From assembly GCA_035441065.1 (NCBI GenBank), contig DAORNP010000001.1, forward strand, positions 16,300 through 80,299: a DNA stretch of 64,000 nt, read 5' to 3'. This stretch comes from Flavobacteriales bacterium (GTDB taxonomy: Bacteria > Bacteroidota > Bacteroidia > Flavobacteriales_F > PHOS-HE28). Position numbers and translations under genes: made by a program. The notes under the pieces were generated by a model, which did no database searches, had not been told where the DNA came from, and saw nothing but the letters and a program-made list of their open reading frames with translations. Of this stretch, positions 41,142 through 50,180 are shown in pieces. Each line of letters opens with the position of its first letter. Position 1 is the stretch's first letter.

Positions 41142-42128
41142 ATGCAGCACCTCATCGACGCCTTCCCCAAACAACTGAAGGAAGCCCTGGAAATAGGCCG
41201 CAAGGCCCAGTTGAAAGCCCCCGGCGGGCCTTACAGCAATGTGGTCGTCACCGGACTGGGCGGCAGCGGCATCGGCGGGCGCATCGCAGCGCAGCTGGTG
41301 CACAAGGAGGCCAAGTGCCCCATCGAGGTCTACAACAACTACTACCTGCCGGGCTATGTGAACCACAAGAGCCTGGTGATTGCCTGCAGCTACAGCGGCA
41401 ATACGGAGGAAACCCTCGCCGCCATGGAGCAAGCGTTGAACAAAGGCGCGCGTGTGGTGGTGATCACCAGCGGCGGCGCCATGCTCGATATCGCCAAGGC
41501 GAAGGGCCTTGACCACATCGTGATTCCGGGCGGCAATCCGCCGCGCACCATGCTGGCCTATTCGCTGGTTCAGCAGTTCTACGTGCTGCACCACTTCGGC
41601 ATCATCGGCGATGGTTTCGAGGGCGCCATCAAGACCGCCGCGAACATGCTGGATCATGAGAAGGAGGACATCAAAAAAGCCGCCATGGACCTCACTGAGA
41701 AACTCGTGGGCAAGCGCTTGGTGATCTACAGCGAGGCCAGCACCGAGGCCGTGAGCATACGTTTCCGCCAGCAGGTGAACGAGAACAGCAAGGAGCTTTG
41801 CTGGCACCACGCCATCCCCGAGATGAACCACAACGAGCTGGTGGGCTGGGCCGGCGGCACCGACGATGTGGCCGTGGTGATCTTCCGCCACAAGGAGGAC
41901 CACGAGCGCAGCCAGATCCGCATGGAGATCAACAAGGAGGTCTTCCGCCGGTACACCCAGCACATCCACGATGTCTGGAGCCAAGGTGACACGGCCTTCG
42001 CGCGACAGCTTTTCCTGATCAACCTCGGCGACTGGGTGAGCTTCTACTGGGCCGAGAAGAAGGGCGTGGACCCCACGGAGATCGGTGTGATCAACATGCT
42101 GAAAGGGAAGCTGGCGGAGGTGAAATAA
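41142..42128 (+). CDS. Bifunctional PGI/PMI (SIS domain), right-arm copy; differs from the left copy at 2 codons (R/K, Q/P).
   Basis: ...EINKEVFRRYTQHIHD... here versus ...FRKYTPHIHD... in the left arm. Confidence 0.7.
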   Translation: MQHLIDAFPKQLKEALEIGRKAQLKAPGGPYSNVVVTGLGGSGIGGRIAAQLVHKEAKCPIEVYNNYYLPGYVNHKSLVIACSYSGNTEETLAAMEQALNKGARVVVITSGGAMLDIAKAKGLDHIVIPGGNPPRTMLAYSLVQQFYVLHHFGIIGDGFEGAIKTAANMLDHEKEDIKKAAMDLTEKLVGKRLVIYSEASTEAVSIRFRQQVNENSKELCWHHAIPEMNHNELVGWAGGTDDVAVVIFRHKEDHERSQIRMEINKEVFRRYTQHIHDVWSQGDTAFARQLFLINLGDWVSFYWAEKKGVDPTEIGVINMLKGKLAEVK

Positions 42129-42149
42129 GCCGCAGAGACGCAGAGGCGC
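42129..42149. repeat. 21-bp IR bracketing the GxxExxY gene, right-arm copy.
   Basis: gccgcagagacgcagaggcgc; partner at 42561..42581. Confidence 0.8.
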
Positions 42150-42160
42150 AGAGAATCACA

Positions 42161-42547
42161 ATGCTCTATCGCGAGCTTTCAGGGGCGATTATTGGAGCGG
42201 CCATTGAGGTTCATCGAGAGCTCGGGCCGGGATTGCTTGAGAGCATATACGAGCATTGTCTGGCGCGTGAACTGCGAGATGCAGGCATTCCTTTCCTTCA
42301 GCAGCATCCCGTGCCTGTGCGCTACAAGGGTGAGCGGCTCGACATGGGCTTTCGGCTCGACCTATGGGTGGACCAGCGGATCATCGTCGAAATCAAAGCC
42401 ATTGAGCTCGTGCAGGAAGTCCATCGTGCGCAACTGCTGAGCTACCTGAAACTCACTGGCTGCAAACTCGGACTGCTCATCAACTTCAACGCGCCGGTGC
42501 TCGCGGAAGGCGTGCGGCGTGTCGTTAACGGATTGGACGAACCTTGA
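42161..42547 (+). CDS. GxxExxY family protein, right-arm copy.
   Basis: Identical translation to 7136..7522(-). Confidence 0.7.
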   Translation: MLYRELSGAIIGAAIEVHRELGPGLLESIYEHCLARELRDAGIPFLQQHPVPVRYKGERLDMGFRLDLWVDQRIIVEIKAIELVQEVHRAQLLSYLKLTGCKLGLLINFNAPVLAEGVRRVVNGLDEP

Positions 42548-42560
42548 ATTCGCATTCTCA

Positions 42561-42581
42561 GCGCCTCTGCGTCTCTGCGGC
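42561..42581. repeat. 21-bp IR partner, right-arm copy.
   Basis: gcgcctctgcgtctctgcggc. Confidence 0.8.
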
Positions 42582-42588
42582 AAACACC

Positions 42589-43293
42589 ATGCGCCTCATC
42601 CACTTCCAAGACCTCGGCCTCATCGACTACGCCACCGCGTGGGACCTGCAAACGCGCCTTTTCAAGGAGACCATCGACCGGAAGATCGCGAACCGCTCGC
42701 TGCCAGAAAACGAGCAACTGACCACCGAGGATCATTTGCTCTTCTGCGAGCATAATCACGTGTACACGCTGGGAAAGAGCGGCAAGCAGAGCCATTTGCT
42801 GCTGAATGAGCAAGGACTGCGCGAGAAGGGCGTTCAGTTCTTCCCCATCGATCGCGGCGGCGACATCACCTACCACGGGCCGGGGCAGATCGTTGGCTAC
42901 CCCATCTTCGACCTCGACCATCATTTCACCGACATCCACCGCTACCTGCGCACGCTGGAGGAGGCCATCATCGGCACACTGGAAGCATACGGCATCAAAG
43001 CAGGGAGGATTGACGGACTCACGGGCGTATGGCTCGACTGGACCGACCCCGTCAAGGCCCGGAAGATCTGCGCCTTCGGCATCCGCGCCAGCCGGTGGGT
43101 CACCATGCACGGCTTCGCGTTCAACGTGAACACGGACCTCAGCTATTTCCGGAACATCGTGCCTTGCGGGATCGCGGACAAAGGCGTCACCAGCATGGCC
43201 GCTGAGCTGGGCAGCGAGGTGGACATCGAGGCCGTGAAGAAGAGATTGCGGTTGGAGATCGCGGACCTGTTCGATGCGGAGCTGGTGGTGTGA
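42589..43293 (+). CDS. lipB: Lipoyl(octanoyl) transferase, right-arm copy.
   Basis: ATG verified at 42589..42591. Identical translation. Confidence 0.85.
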   Translation: MRLIHFQDLGLIDYATAWDLQTRLFKETIDRKIANRSLPENEQLTTEDHLLFCEHNHVYTLGKSGKQSHLLLNEQGLREKGVQFFPIDRGGDITYHGPGQIVGYPIFDLDHHFTDIHRYLRTLEEAIIGTLEAYGIKAGRIDGLTGVWLDWTDPVKARKICAFGIRASRWVTMHGFAFNVNTDLSYFRNIVPCGIADKGVTSMAAELGSEVDIEAVKKRLRLEIADLFDAELVV

Positions 43294-43371
43294 AGAAGAG
43301 GCCAGCGACTTATAGCCACCGGGTCCTCTGCGCTCAGCCCGAGCCTCCAGCGTAGGCGGCAGGCAAGCCCT

Positions 43372-44529
43372 CTACTCCAGCCAGCTCTTCCAGTACTTCC
43401 CGTCGTCGATCTTCAGCGCCTCTTCGGTCACCATCAGCGGCTTGAAGGTGTCCACCATCACGGCCAGCTCGTCGGTCTCCTTCTTGCCGATGCTGCGCTC
43501 CATGGCGCCGGGGTGCGGACCGTGCGGGATGCCGGCGGGGTGCAAACTGATATGGCCCGGGCCGATGTCGTTGCGGCTCATGAAGTCGCCGTCCACGTAG
43601 TACAGCACCTCGTCACTGTCGATGTTGCTGTGGTTGTACGGCGCGGGGATGGCCTGCGGATGGTAGTCGTAGAGGCGCGGCACGAAGCTGCACACCACGA
43701 AGGCATCGGTCTCGAAGGTCTGATGCACAGGCGGCGGCTGGTGGACGCGGCCGGTGATCGGCTCGAAGTCGTGGATGCTGAAGGCGTAGGGGTAGTTGTA
43801 GCCGTCCCAGCCCACCACGTCGAACGGATGCGTGGCATACACCAGTTCGTGCAGCAAGTTCTGCTTCTTCACCTTGATCACGAAGCTGCCCTTCTCATCA
43901 TGCGTCTCCAGCTTCTTCGGCCGGCGGATATCGCGCTCGCAGAACGGCGAATGCTCAAGCAATTGCCCGAACCAGTTGCGGTAGCGCTTGGGCGTGTACA
44001 TGGGGCGGTGGCTCTCAACGATGAAGAGGCGGTTGTCCGCGTCCTTGAACTCCATCGTGTAGATCATCCCTCGGGGAATCATCAGGTAGTCACCGTACTT
44101 GAAGTCGATGTTGCCCAGGAAGGTGCGCAGGGTGCCGCTCCCCTTGTGGATGAAGATCATCTCATCGCAGTCAGCGTTCTTGTAGAAGTAGTCCACGCTT
44201 TTGGCCTGGGGCGCTGCGAGCACGATGGCGCAATCGCTGTTCACGAGGATGGCCTTACGCGCGGATAGGTGGTCCTTCTCGGGCTTGGTCTTGAAGCCAT
44301 GCAACCGCAACGAGCGCATATTCTTCTCAATCGCGATCTTGGGCGTAAGGTCCTTGGGCTTGCGCAGCTCCTTCACCATGGTGGGGCGGTGCACATGGTA
44401 GCTCAAGGTGCTCATGCCATCGAAGCCGATGGTGCCGAAGAGCTGCTCGTAGTAGTAGCGGTCCTTGCCGTTCTTGAACACGGTGTGGCGCTTGTGCGGA
44501 ATCTTGCCGAGGCTGTGGTAGATGGGCAT
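43372..44529 (-). CDS. hmgA: Homogentisate 1,2-dioxygenase, right-arm copy.
   Basis: Identical translation to 5154..6311(+). Confidence 0.9.
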   Translation of the reverse strand: MPIYHSLGKIPHKRHTVFKNGKDRYYYEQLFGTIGFDGMSTLSYHVHRPTMVKELRKPKDLTPKIAIEKNMRSLRLHGFKTKPEKDHLSARKAILVNSDCAIVLAAPQAKSVDYFYKNADCDEMIFIHKGSGTLRTFLGNIDFKYGDYLMIPRGMIYTMEFKDADNRLFIVESHRPMYTPKRYRNWFGQLLEHSPFCERDIRRPKKLETHDEKGSFVIKVKKQNLLHELVYATHPFDVVGWDGYNYPYAFSIHDFEPITGRVHQPPPVHQTFETDAFVVCSFVPRLYDYHPQAIPAPYNHSNIDSDEVLYYVDGDFMSRNDIGPGHISLHPAGIPHGPHPGAMERSIGKKETDELAVMVDTFKPLMVTEEALKIDDGKYWKSWLE

Positions 44530-44570
44530 TGGCAGGTGGTTGGGACGCGAAATTTCGCGCCCGTACGGGA

Positions 44571-45674
44571 TCAGATCGTGATGCTCGTCAGTTCAGGATG
44601 CAGGGTGCCATTCAGCGCCAGCAGCTCCTCTTCCTCACGGATGCGCTGCCTTAATCCTTCGGGATCGTTGATGGCCTTGGTCTTGGTGCTGCGGGTGCTG
44701 CGGCCTTTGCGCCAAGCGCGTTGCGCTTCGATGGGCAGCTGGTGTATCTCGCAGCAGCTCGGTGAGCAACAGTCGGCGTATTTCGCTGCGCAGGCCTCGC
44801 ACTGCACCAGCAGCATGTTGCAGGTGGCCTCGTGGCAATTGGTGATGCGGTCGTTCTTGGCGCCGCACTGCATGCAGGTGCTCACCACATCGTCGGTGAT
44901 GCGTTCGGCGAGCCGCTCATCGAACACGAAGTTCTGGCCGAGGTATTTGCTCTTCAGGCCTTCGGCTTTCAACTGCCGGGCATAATCGATGATGCCGCCG
45001 TGCAACTGGCTCACATTCGTGAAGCCCTCGTGCTTCAGATATGCGCTGGCCTTCTCGCAGCGGATTCCGCCGGTGCAATAGAGCAGCACCTCGGCCCCCT
45101 TCTTCTCCTTCATCACTTCCTTCACCTCCTCGATCGCGCCTCGGAACGTATCGGCCTTGGGCAGGTAGGCCCCCTCGAAGTGCCCGATGAGGCACTCGTA
45201 GTTGTTGCGCATATCCACCACGATGGCGCCTTCTTCCAACTTCTTGTTGAAGGTCTTCGCGTCGAGGTGCTCGCCCACATTGGTCACATCGAAGGCATCA
45301 TCGGCAAGGCCATCGGCCACGATCTTCCTCTTTACCTTGATGGCGAGCTTCAGGAAGCTCTTGCCATCATCTTCCACCGCGATCTTCCATGGCACACCCC
45401 GGAAGGCCTCGCGGCTGTTCAGGTTGCTGCGGAAGGCCTCAAGATTCGCCGTGGGCAAGCTCACCTGGGCATTGATGCCCTCCTGCGAGAGGTAGATGCG
45501 GCCCAGTACGCCGAGCGCTTCCCACTCCAAGTAGAGCGTGTTGCGAAGGGATTCCACATCACTCAGGCGCACGTAGCGGTAGAAGGAAAGGGTGGTGCGC
45601 GGCACGCCTTCGTGCTCTAATCGCGCCCGGAGAATGTCGGGACGGTGAAGGTTGCGGAGGCGGTGGGCATCCAT
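44571..45674 (-). CDS. trhO: TrhO rhodanese-domain protein, right-arm copy.
   Basis: Mirror of 4009..5112(+). Confidence 0.7.
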   Translation of the reverse strand: MDAHRLRNLHRPDILRARLEHEGVPRTTLSFYRYVRLSDVESLRNTLYLEWEALGVLGRIYLSQEGINAQVSLPTANLEAFRSNLNSREAFRGVPWKIAVEDDGKSFLKLAIKVKRKIVADGLADDAFDVTNVGEHLDAKTFNKKLEEGAIVVDMRNNYECLIGHFEGAYLPKADTFRGAIEEVKEVMKEKKGAEVLLYCTGGIRCEKASAYLKHEGFTNVSQLHGGIIDYARQLKAEGLKSKYLGQNFVFDERLAERITDDVVSTCMQCGAKNDRITNCHEATCNMLLVQCEACAAKYADCCSPSCCEIHQLPIEAQRAWRKGRSTRSTKTKAINDPEGLRQRIREEEELLALNGTLHPELTSITI

Positions 45675-45906
45675 GTGGCGAAGATAGGCGGGGCCCGAAG
45701 CTTGAGGGCCCCCCGGGAACCCGTGACTAGCCAACGTTCGGTCCGAAAGATGGTGGTACAGAGACATCACTTTGAAGTCTGGTGCGATATCCTCAGGGTA
45801 GAGAGCGAAAGGCACGATGACATGCTGAGCGAGACGCTTGCGTAGATCAGAATGCGATTCCCTGTTCTATCTTCGAGCAGCCCCGAAAAACCGACACTGT
45901 CGCACC

Positions 45907-47472
45907 ATGAAAGTTCTTGACTCGGTACTCACATTGGCGTTGTGGTGCTCATGGTGCGCTGCATCCTTTGGCCAAGCAGGATCGCTTGACCCTGGTTGGG
46001 GCACTGATGGAGTGGTGCTTACCGACTTCTCGAGCGAAAGGGCATATGGCCAATCCGTACTCATCCAGCCCGATGGAAGGGTTGTGGTGGTCGGCACCAA
46101 TTGGTTGGGCGCGCTCAGCAGTGATATCGCCATTGCACGGTATTTCTCTGACGGAACGTTGGATGCGTCCTTTGGGTCTGGCGGCAGGGTCACTTCGGCC
46201 GGGGGAGGCTGGAGTCCGCCGTGCTACGGAGCACTGCAATCAGATGGCAAGATCGTGGTGGCTGGCACACATACATCAGCTTTTTCCGCCATGCGGTTTA
46301 TGGCTGATGGGTCCGTGGATATTTCATTCGGTGAGGGTGGACAGGTCTTCACGAACATCAGTTCTTTCCCCTTGAATGAAAATGTGCTCGCGCTCGTGAT
46401 CCAGTCCGATGGTAAGATCCTGCTGGCCGGCCGAACGGCAAGCGGGCATGATGCCGATATGGCGGTGGTGCGCTACCTGCCCAACGGGGCACTGGACGAG
46501 GGCTTCGCATCCGGAGGGATCTGGGTTCATGCTGTTTCTCCTCTCAATGATCAGATCCGCACCGTACGTCAGCAACCGGATGGCAAGCTGGTGCTTTTGG
46601 GCAGTGCTTCGATTGGAACCTTGCCTTTCCCCGCCAGTCGATTTGCCTTGGTGCGGGTAACTGAGAACGGCCTCCTCGATGGATCATTCGGCACGAACGG
46701 TGTGTCGCTCATCGCCGCAGGCACTGGACAAGCCGGCGTGTACTCTGGTGTCCTTCAAACGGACGAGAAGATATTGGCAACCGGGTTCTCGGGATATCCC
46801 GCGCTGGTTACGACCATCCGCTGTATGTCTGACGGGTCGTTGGATGAGACCTTCGGCAATGGTGGAGTGATCACCACCTATGTGGCCCAGGAGAGCGCGG
46901 TCGGAAAGGATATCGTGGTCCAACCGGATGGGAAGGTCTTGGTGGTCGTTGAATGCTGGGAAGGTACCGGTCCCCCGCACTACACTGCACTTATGCGCTA
47001 TACCCCCGATGGAGTGCTGGATGAGGTATTCGGCAACTCCGGGATAGCGATTACCTCATTCACAGATAGGGCGATCATTCCGGAATCGCTCTCGCTCCAG
47101 TCCGATGGAAAGCCGCTTGTTGCAGGGTATTCCTTCCAAGGCATGGTAACGTATTTTTCGGTAGTGCGCCACCTGAACGACCTGGAGATCGGCGTCCATG
47201 AGATCAACCAATTCCATCCACAAATACGTGTCGTTCCGAATCCACTGAGCGAGCGCCTCAGTCTGTACTTCGAGCTTTCTATCCCTGATCGGATATCACT
47301 CCATGTGGTTGACGCTGCTGGCCGCGTGGTTCGGTCACTTATTTCCAATGAAATGCATACGTCCGGGGAGCATCTGGTCACCTATGATCTTAGGGGCCTT
47401 CCCTCTGGCCATTACACGTTGACTTTCGTAGGCCAAGTGCATGCTGCACAAGCGCCAATCCTCATAGAATAG
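45907..47472 (+). CDS. Delta-60 repeat protein with T9SS CTD, right-arm copy.
   Basis: Identical translation to the left copy. Confidence 0.7.
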   Translation: MKVLDSVLTLALWCSWCAASFGQAGSLDPGWGTDGVVLTDFSSERAYGQSVLIQPDGRVVVVGTNWLGALSSDIAIARYFSDGTLDASFGSGGRVTSAGGGWSPPCYGALQSDGKIVVAGTHTSAFSAMRFMADGSVDISFGEGGQVFTNISSFPLNENVLALVIQSDGKILLAGRTASGHDADMAVVRYLPNGALDEGFASGGIWVHAVSPLNDQIRTVRQQPDGKLVLLGSASIGTLPFPASRFALVRVTENGLLDGSFGTNGVSLIAAGTGQAGVYSGVLQTDEKILATGFSGYPALVTTIRCMSDGSLDETFGNGGVITTYVAQESAVGKDIVVQPDGKVLVVVECWEGTGPPHYTALMRYTPDGVLDEVFGNSGIAITSFTDRAIIPESLSLQSDGKPLVAGYSFQGMVTYFSVVRHLNDLEIGVHEINQFHPQIRVVPNPLSERLSLYFELSIPDRISLHVVDAAGRVVRSLISNEMHTSGEHLVTYDLRGLPSGHYTLTFVGQVHAAQAPILIE

Positions 47473-47518
47473 ATGGGGGTTAATTGTGGTGGCTGGAGGC
47501 ATAGTTTTGCCGCCAATC

Positions 47519-48466
47519 ATGACCAAACGCATCCTCGTTATCGGCAGCTCAGGCCAGATCGGCACCGAGCTCGTGGAAGGGCTGCGCGCCCGATTCGGAA
47601 ATGAGAATGTAGTGGCCTCGGACATCAAGGAGCCCCAAGTGGCGCAGAACGGTCCTTTCGCCATGGTCGATGCCATGGATCGCCGCGGCATCGAGCGCAT
47701 CATCGACAAGCACGGCATCACCGAGGTCTATCTGCTTGCGGCATTATTGAGCGCTACCGCCGAGAAGGATCCCGCTTTCGCGTGGAAACTGAACATGGAG
47801 AGCCTCTTCATCGTGCTGGAACTTGCGCGAGAAGGGAAATTGAAGCGCGTGTATTGGCCCAGCAGCATCGCTGTTTTCGGCCCCACCACCCCGAAGGACG
47901 GCACGCCGCAGCACACCATCGCCGAGCCCACCACGGTTTACGGCATCAGCAAGCTGGCAGGCGAAGGTTGGTGCCAGTACTACCACAAGCGCTTTGGTGT
48001 GGATGTGCGCAGCATCCGCTACCCCGGCCTCATCGGCTGGAAGAGCGCGCCCGGCGGCGGCACCACCGACTACGCTGTCCACATCTTCCACGAAGCGATC
48101 AAGCACGGCAAGTACACCAGCTTCCTCGGGCCGAAGAGCACCTTACCGATGATGTACATGCCCGACGCCATCCGCGCCACCATCGACTTGATGGAAGCGC
48201 CAGCCGAACAGGTAAAGGTGCGTAACAGCTACAACCTCGCCGGCTTCAGCTTCGACCCCGAGCAGATCGCGGCTGAAGTGAGGCGCCACATTCCCGGCTT
48301 CACCATCGATTACGCGCCAGATCACCGCCAGGCCATCGCCGACAGCTGGCCGCGCAGCATAGACGATAGCGCCGCCCGCGCCGATTGGGGCTGGAAGCCG
48401 CAGTACGACCTGAGCGGCATGGTGGACGACATGATGGTGAACCTGAAGAGGTTGATTGGAGGTTGA
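47519..48466 (+). CDS. NAD-dependent epimerase/dehydratase (TDH-like), right-arm copy; carries a 66-bp divergent patch (12 nt differences) relative to the left copy.
   Basis: ATG verified at 47519. ...QVAQNGPFAMVDAMD... here versus ...QVAQDGPFVLVDAMD... in the left arm. Confidence 0.75.
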   Translation: MTKRILVIGSSGQIGTELVEGLRARFGNENVVASDIKEPQVAQNGPFAMVDAMDRRGIERIIDKHGITEVYLLAALLSATAEKDPAFAWKLNMESLFIVLELAREGKLKRVYWPSSIAVFGPTTPKDGTPQHTIAEPTTVYGISKLAGEGWCQYYHKRFGVDVRSIRYPGLIGWKSAPGGGTTDYAVHIFHEAIKHGKYTSFLGPKSTLPMMYMPDAIRATIDLMEAPAEQVKVRNSYNLAGFSFDPEQIAAEVRRHIPGFTIDYAPDHRQAIADSWPRSIDDSAARADWGWKPQYDLSGMVDDMMVNLKRLIGG

Positions 48467-48558
48467 TTGCATTCGGCATTGGACAATCCGGGCGAAGCGA
48501 AGGGATGCAACCTTCTACCCCTCGCCAGCGTTTCGCGCCTCGCGAAGCCCAACACGCC

Positions 48559-49431
48559 ATGTTCCGACAATTCTCACTGCTGATCATGCTGCTCATCGCC
48601 GGTCGCGTTGCCGCCCTGGCACAGGACACCCTGAACGTGGTGGACGAAATGGGCCGAAAGCAGGGCTATTGGAAGGTGCTGGCGCCGAAAGCGGAGAAGC
48701 CCGAGTACAACGATGGCCAGCTGATCGAAGAGGGCCGCTACAGCAACAGCAAGCGCGTGGGCACGTGGAAGCGCTATTGGCCCAACGGCAATGTGATGAG
48801 CGAGATCAACTACCAGATGGGCCGTCCCAGGGGCGATTATCGCACCTATTACCCGACCGGGAAAGTGGAGGAGCAGGGCACTTGGGACCTGGACCGCAAC
48901 ACGGGTAAGTTCCAGCGCTGGCATCCGAACGGAAAACTCGCGCAGGACTTCATCTTCAATGGATACGGCGTGCGCGATGGCGAGCAGAAGTACTACCACG
49001 AGAACGGGCAGCTCGCCGTGGCGGTGAACGTTGAGGAGGGCAAGGAAGACGGAACGTTGAAGCGTTACGATACCAATGGCCAGGTCACGCAAGTGGCGCA
49101 GTTCAACGACGGCGTGATCAACGAAGCGAACAGCAAGTGGATCAAGCCCGTGCCCAAGGCCGATGACGTGAAGGTGGACCCGAAGGCCGAGGCCGCACCT
49201 GCTCCAGCACCCACCGAGCGCACCAACGCCATGGTATTCCGCGAGAACGGCTACAACACGCTTTACGACAAGCAGCTCCGCCTCTCGCAGCAGGGCGAAT
49301 TCAAGGATGGCCGCCTGTGGGACGGCAAGCGCTACGAGTACGACAGCGATGGCTTCCTGAAACGGATCAAGATCTTCAAGCAGGGCCGCTATCTGGGCGA
49401 TGCCGTGATCACCGAGGAGGACCTGAAGTAG
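48559..49431 (+). CDS. MORN-variant/YwqK-like repeat protein, right-arm copy.
   Basis: ATG verified at 48559. Identical translation. Confidence 0.6.
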   Translation: MFRQFSLLIMLLIAGRVAALAQDTLNVVDEMGRKQGYWKVLAPKAEKPEYNDGQLIEEGRYSNSKRVGTWKRYWPNGNVMSEINYQMGRPRGDYRTYYPTGKVEEQGTWDLDRNTGKFQRWHPNGKLAQDFIFNGYGVRDGEQKYYHENGQLAVAVNVEEGKEDGTLKRYDTNGQVTQVAQFNDGVINEANSKWIKPVPKADDVKVDPKAEAAPAPAPTERTNAMVFRENGYNTLYDKQLRLSQQGEFKDGRLWDGKRYEYDSDGFLKRIKIFKQGRYLGDAVITEEDLK

Positions 49432-49482
49432 CCCTTGCGCGCATGGGCGCCCGGTTATATTCGGCGCTCAATCGCTTCACGC

Positions 49483-50178
49483 ATGAACAAGGTGGTGGCC
49501 GGGCCCGATGCGGCGCTCGATGGCCTGCAGGACAACATGACGCTCATGGTCGGCGGCTTCGGGCTGTGCGGCATCCCGGAGAACCTGATCGCGGCCATGG
49601 TGCGCCGCGGCACCAAGGGGCTCACGTGCATCAGCAACAACGCGGGCGTCGATGACTTCGGACTTGGGCTGTTGCTTCAGACGCGGCAGATCAAGAAGAT
49701 GATCAGCAGCTATGTGGGCGAGAACGATGAGTTCGAGCGCCAGATGCTCAGCGGCGAATTGGAAGTGGAGCTGATCCCACAAGGCACCTTGGCCGAGCGC
49801 TGCCGCGCCGGTGGCGCTGGCATCCCCGCGTTCTTCACCCCGGCGGGCTATGGCACCGAGGTGGGCGAAGGCAAGGAGGCGCGCGAATTCAACGGCAAGA
49901 TGCACGTGCTGGAGAGCTGGCTCCGCGCCGACTTCGCATTGGTGAAGGCCTGGAAGGGCGATCGTTTCGGCAACCTCGTGTACAAGCGCACGGCGCGCAA
50001 CTTCAACCCCATGATGGCCATGGCGGGCAAGGTCACCGTAGCCGAGGTGGAGCACCTGGTGGAACCCGGCGAGCTCGATCCGGATGAGATTCACACGCCG
50101 GGCATCTTCGTGCAGCGCATCTTCCAGGGCGGCGGCTACGAGAAGCGCATCGAGCAGCGCACGGTGCGCAAACGCTAG
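49483..50178 (+). CDS. scoA: Succinyl-CoA:3-ketoacid (acetoacetate) CoA-transferase subunit A, full copy; straddles the right end of the inverted repeat at 49682.
   Basis: [36 protein letters not shown]...[12 protein letters not shown]...[33 protein letters not shown] verified at 49483; TAG at 50176..50178. Confidence 0.85.
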   Translation: MNKVVAGPDAALDGLQDNMTLMVGGFGLCGIPENLIAAMVRRGTKGLTCISNNAGVDDFGLGLLLQTRQIKKMISSYVGENDEFERQMLSGELEVELIPQGTLAERCRAGGAGIPAFFTPAGYGTEVGEGKEAREFNGKMHVLESWLRADFALVKAWKGDRFGNLVYKRTARNFNPMMAMAGKVTVAEVEHLVEPGELDPDEIHTPGIFVQRIFQGGGYEKRIEQRTVRKR

Positions 50179-50180
50179 GC

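Larger units (their letters stand above)
1..49682. repeat. Giant near-perfect inverted repeat (palindrome). Left arm 1..24841 is the reverse complement of right arm 24842..49682; the left arm is truncated by the window edge.
   Basis: Every ORF in 1..24841 has an identical-translation partner on the opposite strand at 49683-x (e.g. 23348..24781(-) vs 24902..26335(+); 252..1298(-) vs 48385..49431(+)). Window start 1..66 is the reverse complement of 49617..49682. Confidence 0.95.

Noticed and set aside
1-49682. Interpretation of the giant inverted repeat as transposon terminal inverted repeats or an IS-mediated composite element.
   Set aside because: There are no transposase, integrase or resolvase genes and no target-site duplications. 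The arms are 24.8 kb of ordinary housekeeping genes, not short TIRs.
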